Shown here piece by piece: positions 63,696 to 64,000 of a DNA stretch of 64,000 nt. The notes under the pieces are model-generated. The model searched no databases and was not told the DNA's origin. It saw only the letters and a program-made list of their open reading frames with translations. The translations under genes were made by a program, and so were the position numbers. Origin of the DNA: an uncultured Chroococcidiopsis sp. (GTDB taxonomy: Bacteria; Cyanobacteriota; Cyanobacteriia; Cyanobacteriales; Chroococcidiopsidaceae); contig CAXTYC010000018.1 in the NCBI GenBank assembly GCA_964248365.1, positions 47,543-111,542 on the forward strand. The letters run 5' to 3'. Within the stretch, counting starts at the first letter, position 1; every line of letters starts with the position of its first letter.

Positions 63696-63941
63696 CTACT
63701 CGTATTTACTTTCAGATGTGTCACCAGTTATTAATGGGTCATACTTCGCATAATCATTCTGACCTACATGAACAAACCCCTGCTGGGCTAGCCATGCGAT
63801 CGCAGCTTTGAGGTTAGCTTGGTAATCATCAGAATCTGTAAACTCTTTGAGTACTTGACCCGTGTTTGTAGTAACTTGAGAACCAGTTTCATTCGCATGA
63901 ACAACAAGGCTTACGGTGGATTCCATCTTTTCACTAGACAT
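63696..63941 (-). CDS. Hypothetical protein
   Basis: 81-aa ATG ORF with an internal HIP1 site; no recognised motif. Confidence 0.5.
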   Translation of the reverse strand: MSSEKMESTVSLVVHANETGSQVTTNTGQVLKEFTDSDDYQANLKAAIAWLAQQGFVHVGQNDYAKYDPLITGDTSESKYE

Positions 63942-64000
63942 AGGAGGTAGTCCTAAATAGGAAAGGATAAACGCACAGGGAGAGACGCATTATAGTGATG

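Overview
Cyanobacterial chromosomal DNA, judged from frequent HIP1 GCGATCGC, heptamer STRR repeats, petE, ndhL and an intron-containing tRNA-Leu(UAA). Core genes alternate with accessory blocks: (1) a pPIWI-RE three-gene operon (REase, DinG-like helicase, pPIWI-RE) whose helicase is interrupted twice; (2) a duplicated DUF2294/response-regulator module, with each regulator preceded by a conserved, apparently structured ~51-nt leader motif; (3) the gabD-ogdA TCA-bypass operon behind an NtcA-type site; (4) a small relic after tRNA-Pro; (5) a MerR-associated oxidoreductase cluster with a duplicated promoter; and (6) a decayed island at tRNA-Leu (dead integrase, ISAs1 and IS701 pieces). The island still carries an intact operon of a wHTH-like protein, a P-loop ATPase and a 1620-aa TPR/DEDDy exonuclease/PD-(D/E)XK Fe-S nuclease/FtsK fusion, which is the best candidate for an uncharacterised defence system. 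No CRISPR array or rRNA was seen. All family calls come from motif recognition by eye, not from database searches.
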